This document shows, piece by piece, positions 56,403-64,000 of a stretch of 64,000 nt of DNA. Numbering within the stretch: position 1 is the first letter of the stretch; each line of letters opens with the position of its first letter. The translations under genes and the position numbers were made by a program. Origin of the DNA: an uncultured Acidobacteriota bacterium (lineage in GTDB: Bacteria > Acidobacteriota > Terriglobia > UBA7540); contig CAWHWE010000013.1 in the NCBI GenBank assembly GCA_963832915.1, positions 1,644-65,643 on the forward strand. Reading direction: 5' to 3'. Under the pieces are notes generated by a model, which was given only the letters and a program-made list of their open reading frames with translations, was not told where the DNA came from and did no database searches.

Positions 56403-57290
56403 CTACCACCCCCGCGTTTGCAGCAATTCTTTCGGGTCGAGTTTGGCTACGTCGAGGCCGCGCATGGCTTCGCCGACCTCGGCGGAGCATTCCGCCACCA
56501 CTTGGGGCTCATTGTAATGCGTGGTGGCGCGGACGATCGCTTTGGCGCGATTATCGGGATCGGATGATTTGAAGATGCCCGAGCCGACGAACACCGCCTC
56601 GGCGCCGAGCTGCATCACGAGCGAGGCGTCGGCCGGCGTGGCGATTCCGCCCGCGCTGAAGTTGGGCACGGGCAGCTTGCCGTTTTGGCTCACCCACTTC
56701 ACCAGGTCGTAGGGCGCGCCGAGTTCTTTCGCCTTGGCCATCAACTCTTCTTCCCGCAGCGTGGTGAGCTGCCGGATTTCGCTGGTGATGGCGCGCAGGT
56801 GGCGGACCGCCTCGACGATGTCGCCGGAGCCGGCTTCGCCCTTAGTGCGGATCATCGCGGCGCCCTCACCGATGCGCCGTAGCGCTTCGCCCAGATTTCG
56901 GGCACCACAAACGAAAGGCACCTTGTACGGCCACTTGTTGATGTGATGCTCCTCGTCAGCAGGCGTCAACACTTCGCTTTCGTCGATGTAATCGACGCCC
57001 ACTGCCTCGAGCACCTGGGCCTCCGCGAAATGGCCGATGCGCGCTTTGGCCATCACCGGAATGGTCACCACTTCCATGATCTTCTTGATGATTTTGATGG
57101 AGGCCATGCGGGCCACTCCACCTTCCTTACGGATGTCCGCAGGTACGCGTTCGAGCGCCATCACCGCCACCGCTCCAGCGTCCTCGGCAATCTTAGCCTG
57201 CTCGGCGGTCGTGACGTCCATGATGACGCCGCCTTTCAGCATTTCCGCCAAGCCGACTTTCAATTTCATTTGTTGATCGTATTCCCACAT
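56403..57290 (-). CDS. pdxS: Pyridoxal 5'-phosphate synthase lyase subunit
   Basis: …[23 protein letters not shown]…[11 protein letters not shown]… highly conserved PdxS/Pdx1 sequence. Confidence 0.95.
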   Translation of the reverse strand: MWEYDQQMKLKVGLAEMLKGGVIMDVTTAEQAKIAEDAGAVAVMALERVPADIRKEGGVARMASIKIIKKIMEVVTIPVMAKARIGHFAEAQVLEAVGVDYIDESEVLTPADEEHHINKWPYKVPFVCGARNLGEALRRIGEGAAMIRTKGEAGSGDIVEAVRHLRAITSEIRQLTTLREEELMAKAKELGAPYDLVKWVSQNGKLPVPNFSAGGIATPADASLVMQLGAEAVFVGSGIFKSSDPDNRAKAIVRATTHYNEPQVVAECSAEVGEAMRGLDVAKLDPKELLQTRGW

Positions 57291-57405
57291 GGATGCACTC
57301 CTTAAGAAATTTTCAGCAATCAGCCCTCAGCTCTCAACAAGCGTCCCATTCCCCTGCATTCCAGATTACTCGCTGACGGCTGAAAGTTGATGGCTGACGG
57401 CTATT

Positions 57406-58926
57406 TTACACCAACGCTACTCCGGCTCCCTCCGTGGAGCGTTTCCGGCCCGTCTTGGCCTTCCGGATCTCCGCCTTCAACAGGTCTCCAAGAATGGTAA
57501 TTCCCTTTTCAATTTGTCCGTCCGTGAGGCCGCTGAAACACAAACGAAAGGCATTGTGCTTCGGGTTTTGGAAATAGAAATACCTCGAGGGCGCGAAGAT
57601 CACGCCTCGCTCCCGAGCTTTCATCAGAAGTTCCGCAGTGTCGAACTGGGGCGGCAACTCCGCCCAGACGGACATCCCACCTTCAGGAAAAACCAACCGG
57701 ACAGCTTCCGGAAAGTGGCGCCCGGCGGCCTGCCGCAGGACCTCCAGCTTATGCTCGTATACCTTACAGGTTCGCCGAATCCACTTGTCGAGCCAGCCGC
57801 GCCTTCCCAGTTCCTCCAGGACCGCCTGTCCCAGCAGGTTAGTGTGGAGATCGGCCCGCTGTTTGGCCCGGCGCAGGCGATCGATCACACGGCGCGAAGC
57901 CGCGATCCAACCCACCCGCAGTCCCGGGAACCCGACTTTTGAAAAACTGTTCAAATGAATCACCAGCCCGGTGGTATCGAGAGATTTCAAGGGGGGCAAC
58001 TGCCGCCCGCTGTAACGCAGGGCCCCGTAGATATCATCCTCGACGACCGGAACCTGGAAGCGCACGGCAAGCTCCAGCAGCCTCTTTCGCGCCGCCAGCG
58101 GCATGGTATGGCCCGTCGGGTTCTGAAAATTGGGGCTAGCCAGAATCAGCCTCACCTTGGTTTGCTCCAGCATCGCTGCCAGGAAGTCCAGGTCCATCCC
58201 TTCCGCCGTCACGGGAATGCCAATCAAGCGGGTGCCCGGCGACTCGAAGACATTCCAGAGTCCCGTATAAGTGGGGTTCTCCGAGACCACGGCATCACCG
58301 GGGGCAACCAGGGTGCGGCGGATGAGATCAATCGACTGTTGGCACCCGTTCGTGATCACAAGTTCGTCCAGTTCCACGGGGATTCCGTCGCGCTGCAGGC
58401 GCGCCCGCAAATACTCCTTGAGCGGCAGGTAGCCATCGCTTGAACCGTATTGGAGAACCCTGCCACCCTCGCGGCGGAGCACGGAGTCCGTGGCGCGCCG
58501 AACGAAATCATGAGGCGTCATCTCATCGGCGCCGTGCGCGGCCGCAAAGGAGATGACTCCCGCCTCGTAAGCGCTGGCCATCAACCGTCCCAGGGAGTCG
58601 TCGCGCGGGTCCTCGGGAAAATAACTCTCCCAGAACACGTCGTTGCCTGCCGGGCGCGGAGCGCGGACAGCGGACCGCTGCGTTTCCGCCAAAGTCGTGA
58701 CATACGTTCCCCGGCCAACCGTCCCCTGGATAAGTCCCTCAGCTTCCAGTTCGGCGTAAGCGTTGCCAACCGTCGTGCGATGCACCTCCAGGCGCTTCGC
58801 CAGCTCGCGGCTGGGTTCCAGCCGGTCCCCCGGCTTCAAGGCTCCGGAAACGATCCGCTCGCGCAATTGCTCGCGAATCTGAATATAAAGAGGCTTGGGC
58901 AAGCTGGAATCAAGAGTCACAAGCAT
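57406..58926 (-). CDS. pdxR: MocR/GntR-family regulator with a fold-type-I aminotransferase domain (PdxR-like)
   Basis: N-terminal GntR HTH (…LPSSRELAKRLEVHRTTV…) plus a ~380-aa aminotransferase-like C-domain; adjacent to pdxS. Confidence 0.75.
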   Translation of the reverse strand: MLVTLDSSLPKPLYIQIREQLRERIVSGALKPGDRLEPSRELAKRLEVHRTTVGNAYAELEAEGLIQGTVGRGTYVTTLAETQRSAVRAPRPAGNDVFWESYFPEDPRDDSLGRLMASAYEAGVISFAAAHGADEMTPHDFVRRATDSVLRREGGRVLQYGSSDGYLPLKEYLRARLQRDGIPVELDELVITNGCQQSIDLIRRTLVAPGDAVVSENPTYTGLWNVFESPGTRLIGIPVTAEGMDLDFLAAMLEQTKVRLILASPNFQNPTGHTMPLAARKRLLELAVRFQVPVVEDDIYGALRYSGRQLPPLKSLDTTGLVIHLNSFSKVGFPGLRVGWIAASRRVIDRLRRAKQRADLHTNLLGQAVLEELGRRGWLDKWIRRTCKVYEHKLEVLRQAAGRHFPEAVRLVFPEGGMSVWAELPPQFDTAELLMKARERGVIFAPSRYFYFQNPKHNAFRLCFSGLTDGQIEKGITILGDLLKAEIRKAKTGRKRSTEGAGVALV

Positions 58927-59249
58927 GACGGCCAGATCTCCAGTCCGACGGTACCAGACCAGATTAGGCCACTTTCAGCGACCTGTAAAGAGCCAAGTGA
59001 GCCAATGTGAGAATAGGCCAATGGGGAGAAAGTCAGGGGCTGGGTAAGAACAGTGCGCAGTTGGCAGAGCGGAAAAACGAGGGCTGGGGACGGAGGGAGG
59101 ACGGTAAGCAGTCGCCAGCCGGCAGTGGACCATAGGACCGGAAACTGGTGTTGGTAATCTGCTGTTCCCTGGTCCCCAGCCCCGAGCCCCGTTCTTGGCC
59201 GGGGCCAATTCAAAATCCAAAATCTAAAATCCAAAATTGCCCTACGCCC

Positions 59250-59897
59250 CTAGTCCGAGCCACGCTCGTCCTGCAGGTAGGGGTTTGTTTCCCGCTCCTC
59301 GCCAATCACGGTTGGAGGTCCATGCCCGGGGAAAACCGGCGTTTCATCGGGGAAAATCAGCAGCCGGTTGTGAATGGAGCGCAGGATTTCCTCGTAAGAC
59401 CCGCCCCACAGGTCCGTACGGCCGATGCTTCCCTGGAACAGGGTATCGCCACTGAAAATCTTTTGGTGCTCGCCCGGAAGGTGGAGCGAGAGGCTGCCGG
59501 GAGAATGTCCGGGCGTGTGCAGAACCTCCAGGACATGCGGCCCGAAGCGCAGAGCGTCACCCTCTTTCAGGAATTGATCCACATCCACAACGCCAGGAGG
59601 GAGGAGGCCCAGCCATTCCGCCTGCACGGCCAGGTTCTGGTAGAGAGGCAGATCGCTCGCATGCATCAAGACAGCGGCGCCCGTGGCGCGTTTCAACTCC
59701 TCGAGGCCACCCACATGGTCGATATGCGCGTGCGTGGCGACGATGTACTTGGCCCGTAGCTTGTGCTGGGCCAGCACTTCCTGGACACGTTCAATCTCGT
59801 CCCCCGGGTCAATGACGATCGCCTCCCCGGTCTCCTCATCACCGATGATGGAACAGTTACAAACCAACATTCCCACGGGAAGAATCTCGTGAATCAT
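59250..59897 (-). CDS. MBL-fold metallo-hydrolase (hydroxyacylglutathione-hydrolase-like)
   Basis: THAHIDHVGG (HxHxDH) motif and the later His/Asp ligands. Confidence 0.85.
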   Translation of the reverse strand: MIHEILPVGMLVCNCSIIGDEETGEAIVIDPGDEIERVQEVLAQHKLRAKYIVATHAHIDHVGGLEELKRATGAAVLMHASDLPLYQNLAVQAEWLGLLPPGVVDVDQFLKEGDALRFGPHVLEVLHTPGHSPGSLSLHLPGEHQKIFSGDTLFQGSIGRTDLWGGSYEEILRSIHNRLLIFPDETPVFPGHGPPTVIGEERETNPYLQDERGSD

Positions 59898-60005
59898 CCT
59901 CGGTTATCCTTCCTTTCGCCCCCCACCATTGTACTCGATTTCGTTGACTCGCCTGCAAGGCTCTTCTATACTTGCTTCCATCGCGAGCAGGGTGTGCGGC
60001 AACAA

Positions 60006-60659
60006 ATGAATTTGGTGGTGGTGGGCGGGCAGGCGCGGAAGGTCGGCAAGACCTCGGTGGTTGCCGGTTTAATTCGGGGGTTGAATACGCTTCACTGGAC
60101 GGCAGTGAAGATCAGCCATCACGGCGGTGATGCCGACTCGCAGGATACCCCGTCGGCGGACGACCTCCCGGCGCATCTCGAGTTCTTATGCAGCGAAGAA
60201 GTGGACCCTCAAGCACTCCGCGACACGTCCCGGTTCCTCGCGGCGGGGGCACGGCGCGCGCTGTGGATGCGCGTGCGAAGAGGAAGCCTTGCTGAAGCGC
60301 TGCCTGGATTACTCGAAGCTTTGGAGGGCGACGAGCACGTGATCATGGAAAGCAACAGCATACTCACCTTGCTCAAACCCGCGGTCTTTCTGTTCGTAAT
60401 TGATGAATCGCGGCGGGAATTGAAAGCGTCAGCAAGGCAATTCCTCCCCCGCGCGGACGCATTGGTCAGGGTGAGACCTGAGCTCAATGCGCCCGTCGGG
60501 CCGGGAATATCCCTCCCCATGCTCGAAGACAAGCCAGTCTTCCCGGTGTCGGCGGGTGGGTGGCCGGATCCCGCACTCAGCCGCTTCGTTCGAGAACGGC
60601 TGGCATTGGCGGGGAAACAGGAGATACTCGCCGGCCCTTCATTCCCAACAGGAGAATAG
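60006..60659 (+). CDS. MobB-like P-loop protein (molybdopterin-guanine dinucleotide biosynthesis adapter-like)
   Basis: …LVVVGGQARKVGKTSVVAGLI…TAVKISHHGGD… parallels MobB (GxxGSGKTTL…VIKHTHH); tentative. Confidence 0.45.
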   Translation: MNLVVVGGQARKVGKTSVVAGLIRGLNTLHWTAVKISHHGGDADSQDTPSADDLPAHLEFLCSEEVDPQALRDTSRFLAAGARRALWMRVRRGSLAEALPGLLEALEGDEHVIMESNSILTLLKPAVFLFVIDESRRELKASARQFLPRADALVRVRPELNAPVGPGISLPMLEDKPVFPVSAGGWPDPALSRFVRERLALAGKQEILAGPSFPTGE

Positions 60660-60667
60660 GAGCTATC

Positions 60668-60955
60668 ATGGCAGCACTGAGCAAAACGGAAATTCGGGAA
60701 AGGCTGATGAATATGCCGGAGTGGTCGCTCATCGACAGTGCGATCTACAAGAAGTTTACATTCAAATCCTTCCTCCCGGCCATCGCCTTTGTGAATAAGA
60801 TCGCCGAAGCCGCCGAACAGGCCAACCACCACCCCGACATCACCATCAATTACAACCAGGTGGGCATCAGCCTTTCAACGCACAGCCAGTCCGGAGTCAC
60901 GCCAAAGGACTTTCAACTGGCAGAGGCTATCGACAACATCTACTCTCAAGCGTAG
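60668..60955 (+). CDS. 4a-hydroxytetrahydrobiopterin dehydratase (PCD/DCoH)
   Basis: 95 aa; …HHPDITINYNQV… matches the PCD signature E-H-H-P. Confidence 0.8.
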   Translation: MAALSKTEIRERLMNMPEWSLIDSAIYKKFTFKSFLPAIAFVNKIAEAAEQANHHPDITINYNQVGISLSTHSQSGVTPKDFQLAEAIDNIYSQA

Positions 60956-61226
60956 CGCCCCGCTGGGAGCCTTGGTGAAGGTTTTGGGTGAGGAACCGCT
61001 CTCAATCCCCGCGCCACAAGAACGGCGAGCCTTGGCTGGCGCAGGCTGCCGGGCAGCTTGGCGAAAGATGCGCCCCGGCATGTCGTTTTGATCCTTCAAT
61101 CAAACTGCCTCGCGGCACCAAATCAGAAATCCCGCATTGACCACAATGGTAATAATCGCTTGTATCTTGTCCTTTGAGGGCGAAAGCGAATAGAATCGTG
61201 CCCATGCTTTCGTCAGGAAGAAACTG

Positions 61227-61649
61227 ATGTCCACACTCGTGCAATGGATCCATGTGACGGCCGCCGTCATCGGGGTGGGAGGGATGGCGTTCCTGCTTTT
61301 CATCCTGATCCCCTCCCTAGGAGCCTTGGACCCCGAGCCGCGCGCACTGCTCGCTAAACGGGTCATGGACCGTTTCCGATGGGTGAGCTGGTCGGTAATT
61401 TTCTTACTACTCGTTTCGGGGCTCTATAGCATTCGCCAGTATTACTGGGAAATGGCCTGGGGCAAGTCCTGGGCGTTTTTGACTGTAAAGATCGTTCTCG
61501 CCTTCATCGTTTTCGTCATCGTGTTGGCCCTGACGCTGCCCTTGAAACTCTGCGACCGCGTCCGGGCCCGGCGGAAAATCTGGCTCGCCATCGCCTTCGG
61601 CGTGGCAGTGGTCGTCATCTGCATTTCCGCCTATCTACGCCGTGGGTAA
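61227..61649 (+). CDS. Hypothetical integral membrane protein (4 TM; DUF4149/CopD-like small form)
   Basis: Hydrophobicity pattern only. Confidence 0.5.
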   Translation: MSTLVQWIHVTAAVIGVGGMAFLLFILIPSLGALDPEPRALLAKRVMDRFRWVSWSVIFLLLVSGLYSIRQYYWEMAWGKSWAFLTVKIVLAFIVFVIVLALTLPLKLCDRVRARRKIWLAIAFGVAVVVICISAYLRRG

Positions 61650-61670
61650 ATCGTTCACGGAGGCGCTCTT

Positions 61671-61985
61671 ATGGGATCGATCTCAGTCGCATGTTGCAAG
61701 CCGAAGCCCGGTTGCGAGGAAGCGCTGCTTGAGTTGGTTCGCAACCATCTCCCACCGCTACGCGCCCAGGGTCTCGTAACTGAACGCGCGTCGATCGCGA
61801 TGCGCACTGCGGATGGAACTATCGTCGAGATTTTCGAGTGGGTTTCTCAGGAAGCAATCGCGGGCGCCCACAAGAATCCTGCCGTCCTCGATTTATGGAA
61901 ACGTTTCGAGGCGGTATGTTGGTATGAGACACCTTCCAACCTGCCAGAATTCCAGAACATGTTCGCGCACTTCGAGGCAATTTAA
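61671..61985 (+). CDS. Antibiotic-biosynthesis-monooxygenase (ABM)/Dabb-like small protein
   Basis: ~100 aa ferredoxin-like fold size; weak motif resemblance. Confidence 0.4.
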   Translation: MGSISVACCKPKPGCEEALLELVRNHLPPLRAQGLVTERASIAMRTADGTIVEIFEWVSQEAIAGAHKNPAVLDLWKRFEAVCWYETPSNLPEFQNMFAHFEAI

Positions 61986-62356
61986 GCGAGAGCTGTTAGA
62001 GTCCTGTAACTGAAGTTCGTTGCATAAATGCCGTACTCTGAGAACGGCTCTACAGCCCCGATAGGGGCGGTAGAACTTAGCCCACGGCGTGAGCCTTGGG
62101 TAGGCGAGCCCTCCCTCACCCCCATCCCCTCTCCCGCCCGCGCGGGAGAGGGGTGCGGAAGGCGGGGAGTGGGTCGTCTTTCCCAGGGCTTGCGCCCTGG
62201 GCTACAATCTTCCGCCCCTGTCGGGGCTGGGAAGCGAATCCCTCGCCGGGCAGACTTCATGAATGAACTTACATTACACGACACTAGAGGATACGAATCC
62301 CTTTTTCGACCTTGGCTTTTCCACTTTCTAATTTCCAGTTTCCGAGCGGGCGGGCG

Positions 62357-62857
62357 CTATTTCATGTGGAGGACGGCCTCTTTGAAGGTTCCTCGCTCCC
62401 GCATAATTTTCTTTTGCAGGAGGATGATGGCCTGAAGGAGCATTTCAGGCCGCGGCGGGCATCCGGGAACGTACACATCCACAGGAATGAACTGGTTTAT
62501 GCCCTGGACGATCGCATAGTTATTGAAAACGCCACCGGAGGTTGCGCAAGCGCCCATGGAGATCACCCATTTGGGCTCCGGCATCTGCGCGTAGAGCTGC
62601 TTGATCACGGGAACCATCTTTTGCGCCACGCGGCCGGCGACAATCATCAAGTCCGATTGGCGCGGTGAGCCGCGGAAGACCTCCGCTCCAAAGCGCGCGA
62701 TATCAAAGCGTGAGGCCCCGGTGGACATCATCTCGATGGCGCAGCATGCCAGACCAAAGCTCATGGGCCAGATGGAGGACTTGCGCGCCCAGTTCACCGC
62801 CTGGTCCAGCTTGCTGAAAATCAAACCTTCAAATCCCGAGGATTCGTTCGCTTCCAT
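62357..62857 (-). CDS. nuoB: NADH-quinone oxidoreductase subunit B (NuoB/Nqo6-like, [4Fe-4S])
   Basis: …[11 protein letters not shown]… and …GACATSGG…VPGCPP… cluster-N2 cysteine motifs. Confidence 0.9.
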   Translation of the reverse strand: MEANESSGFEGLIFSKLDQAVNWARKSSIWPMSFGLACCAIEMMSTGASRFDIARFGAEVFRGSPRQSDLMIVAGRVAQKMVPVIKQLYAQMPEPKWVISMGACATSGGVFNNYAIVQGINQFIPVDVYVPGCPPRPEMLLQAIILLQKKIMRERGTFKEAVLHMK

Positions 62858-62924
62858 AAATTGCGAGCCCCTTCAAAGATTATTATGCCACCTCAGGAAT
62901 GTGATTTCAATTGCGGCTCGCTGC

Positions 62925-63224
62925 TCACACGCCCCCTTGGCGAACGAGGGCTTGAATTTGGGGCGCTCCGAGATAAAGGCCTGCAGCGACCGGCGACCAC
63001 CGCGCGCGGTAGACATCGTGATCGCTCACGCTTTGAAACCGGCCGCTGTAGGACTTGGCGTCGTTCAGCACCGCCCGCATTTCCTGGCCAGTCACCAGTT
63101 GCTTGAGGCTCTCCCAATTGTCTTGGGTCGATTTGGGCTTCGTTGCGCTGACGGAAGCGACCTCGATGAAACCGAGCGTGAGGACCATCATCCCTATTGC
63201 GAAATGTTGTGTTCGACAATTCAT
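62925..63224 (-). CDS. Hypothetical small secreted protein (99 aa), in the position where nuoA would be expected
   Basis: Signal-peptide-like N-terminus; no NuoA-like TM triplet. Confidence 0.3.
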   Translation of the reverse strand: MNCRTQHFAIGMMVLTLGFIEVASVSATKPKSTQDNWESLKQLVTGQEMRAVLNDAKSYSGRFQSVSDHDVYRARWSPVAAGLYLGAPQIQALVRQGGV

Positions 63225-63493
63225 ATTTCACCTCCTGGAGTTTCAGTTTCCTCTGCTGACACGCACGACCTTGGCGCGCACGACGGATTCCTCGCTCTCG
63301 CCGAACTCTACCGAGATGGCTTCACCAGAAAGAGAACCGGGAGACCTCAGGGACGCCTGTTGGGAACGAGGACAACAGGCCGACGGGGGAAGGCTTATGC
63401 CGTACGGCCCGTACGCACGTCTCCGAGGAGTCGCACAGTGGCATAGAACCGATGAACCAATCGAACGATGATGGTTTTCCGTGGAAATCGAGG

Positions 63494-63979
63494 CTAGTGG
63501 ACGTTATTCGCAAACCAAACGGCGACAACAGTGATCGCCACGGCAACTCCCACAAGCACGCCCAAAGCGATCCAACTGCCCCGGCTCATGTTTGGCCCCA
63601 TCTGCTGCACGTTGTTGTATGCGATCTGGACCGGTACGGCCGTGTGGTCGGGCAGCACGGCGAAGCTCTCAGCCGCGATGGCCACGATATTGCCGTGGTA
63701 CTCCTTCGCTTCCGACGTTTTCACCATAATGTGGCGGGCCACACCTAGTTCCGCCACCACGCGCCTTACCGCGACGGAATCCGGCTGGCCCGTCGCCTTG
63801 TAGGTGTTCTTTGCCAGACTCAGTTGCGTGACATTGCCGTAGGGAACCCGCGTTGGTGGGCCGGCTTTGGCCACAGCCAGCAGGAATCCACCGTCCTCGA
63901 TGGAATGAATTGATCCTTTGAACTTCTTGCCGTTGGTAAGTTCGACTTTCACTTTCGCGCCCACTCCGAATTGATCCAC
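63494..63979 (-). CDS. Hypothetical protein with a C-terminal TM anchor (161 aa)
   Basis: ORF with C-terminal hydrophobic helix; no family recognised. Confidence 0.4.
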   Translation of the reverse strand: MDQFGVGAKVKVELTNGKKFKGSIHSIEDGGFLLAVAKAGPPTRVPYGNVTQLSLAKNTYKATGQPDSVAVRRVVAELGVARHIMVKTSEAKEYHGNIVAIAAESFAVLPDHTAVPVQIAYNNVQQMGPNMSRGSWIALGVLVGVAVAITVVAVWFANNVH

Positions 63980-64000
63980 CCGCTGCCTGGTCAGGCTCGG

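Overview
High-GC (~60-65%) chromosomal segment, most likely from an Acidobacteria-like soil bacterium, judged from codon usage, TAT-signal Gfo/Idh/MocA plus TIM-barrel pairs and abundant PadR regulators. About 55 coding sequences are supportable.

Three blocks stand out.

1. Sugar/amide catabolic island (~5.6-27.7 kb). It carries four paralogous uroporphyrinogen-decarboxylase-family (URO-D/MtaA-like) proteins. L-rhamnose genes are present: mutarotase RhaM, symporter RhaT and an enolase-superfamily dehydratase. So are several amide/ester hydrolases (AstE/AspA deacylase, neutral-ceramidase-like, MlrC/M81, isochorismatase-like), a class-III aminotransferase, a TAT-exported Gfo/Idh/MocA plus xylose-isomerase-like TIM pair and a Zn-ADH. 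An ISNCY-family IS with a 16-bp direct repeat interrupts the island and is followed by a low-GC foreign gene.

2. Mobile/accessory patch (27.7-37 kb). It holds a decaying ParDE toxin-antitoxin module whose antitoxin is frameshifted in an A7 tract, two CE4 deacetylases, a guanylate-kinase-like P-loop protein and an nfeD-flotillin pair. That pair is split by a nested insertion: a 640-bp low-GC cassette bounded by 32-bp inverted repeats, an IS630-family IS inserted at CTAG with TA duplication, and flanking (TTTCGNN)n heptamer arrays. A secreted ankyrin-repeat protein and bacterioferritin follow.

3. Housekeeping core (37.7-64 kb). It encodes gmhA, a ROK kinase, truB, DUF503, infB, nusA, rimP, HAD hydrolases, an M50/CBS site-2 protease, deoC, a GT-C-like membrane protein, pdxR-pdxS-[hicA-hicB plus orphan hicB]-pdxT, an MBL hydrolase, a MobB-like protein, PCD/DCoH and nuoB.

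Several repeat families are visible directly:
- a ~145-165 bp MITE-like element in two inverted copies ~50 kb apart;
- a ~125-bp element with three GCGGGAATGT sub-repeats in two inverted copies;
- TCCCGC...GCGGGA palindromes;
- a family of nested-hairpin intergenic elements that open with GTAGCGGCG over the stop codon.

No tRNA, rRNA or CRISPR array could be supported. Coordinates may be off by 1-3 nt where starts were chosen by eye.
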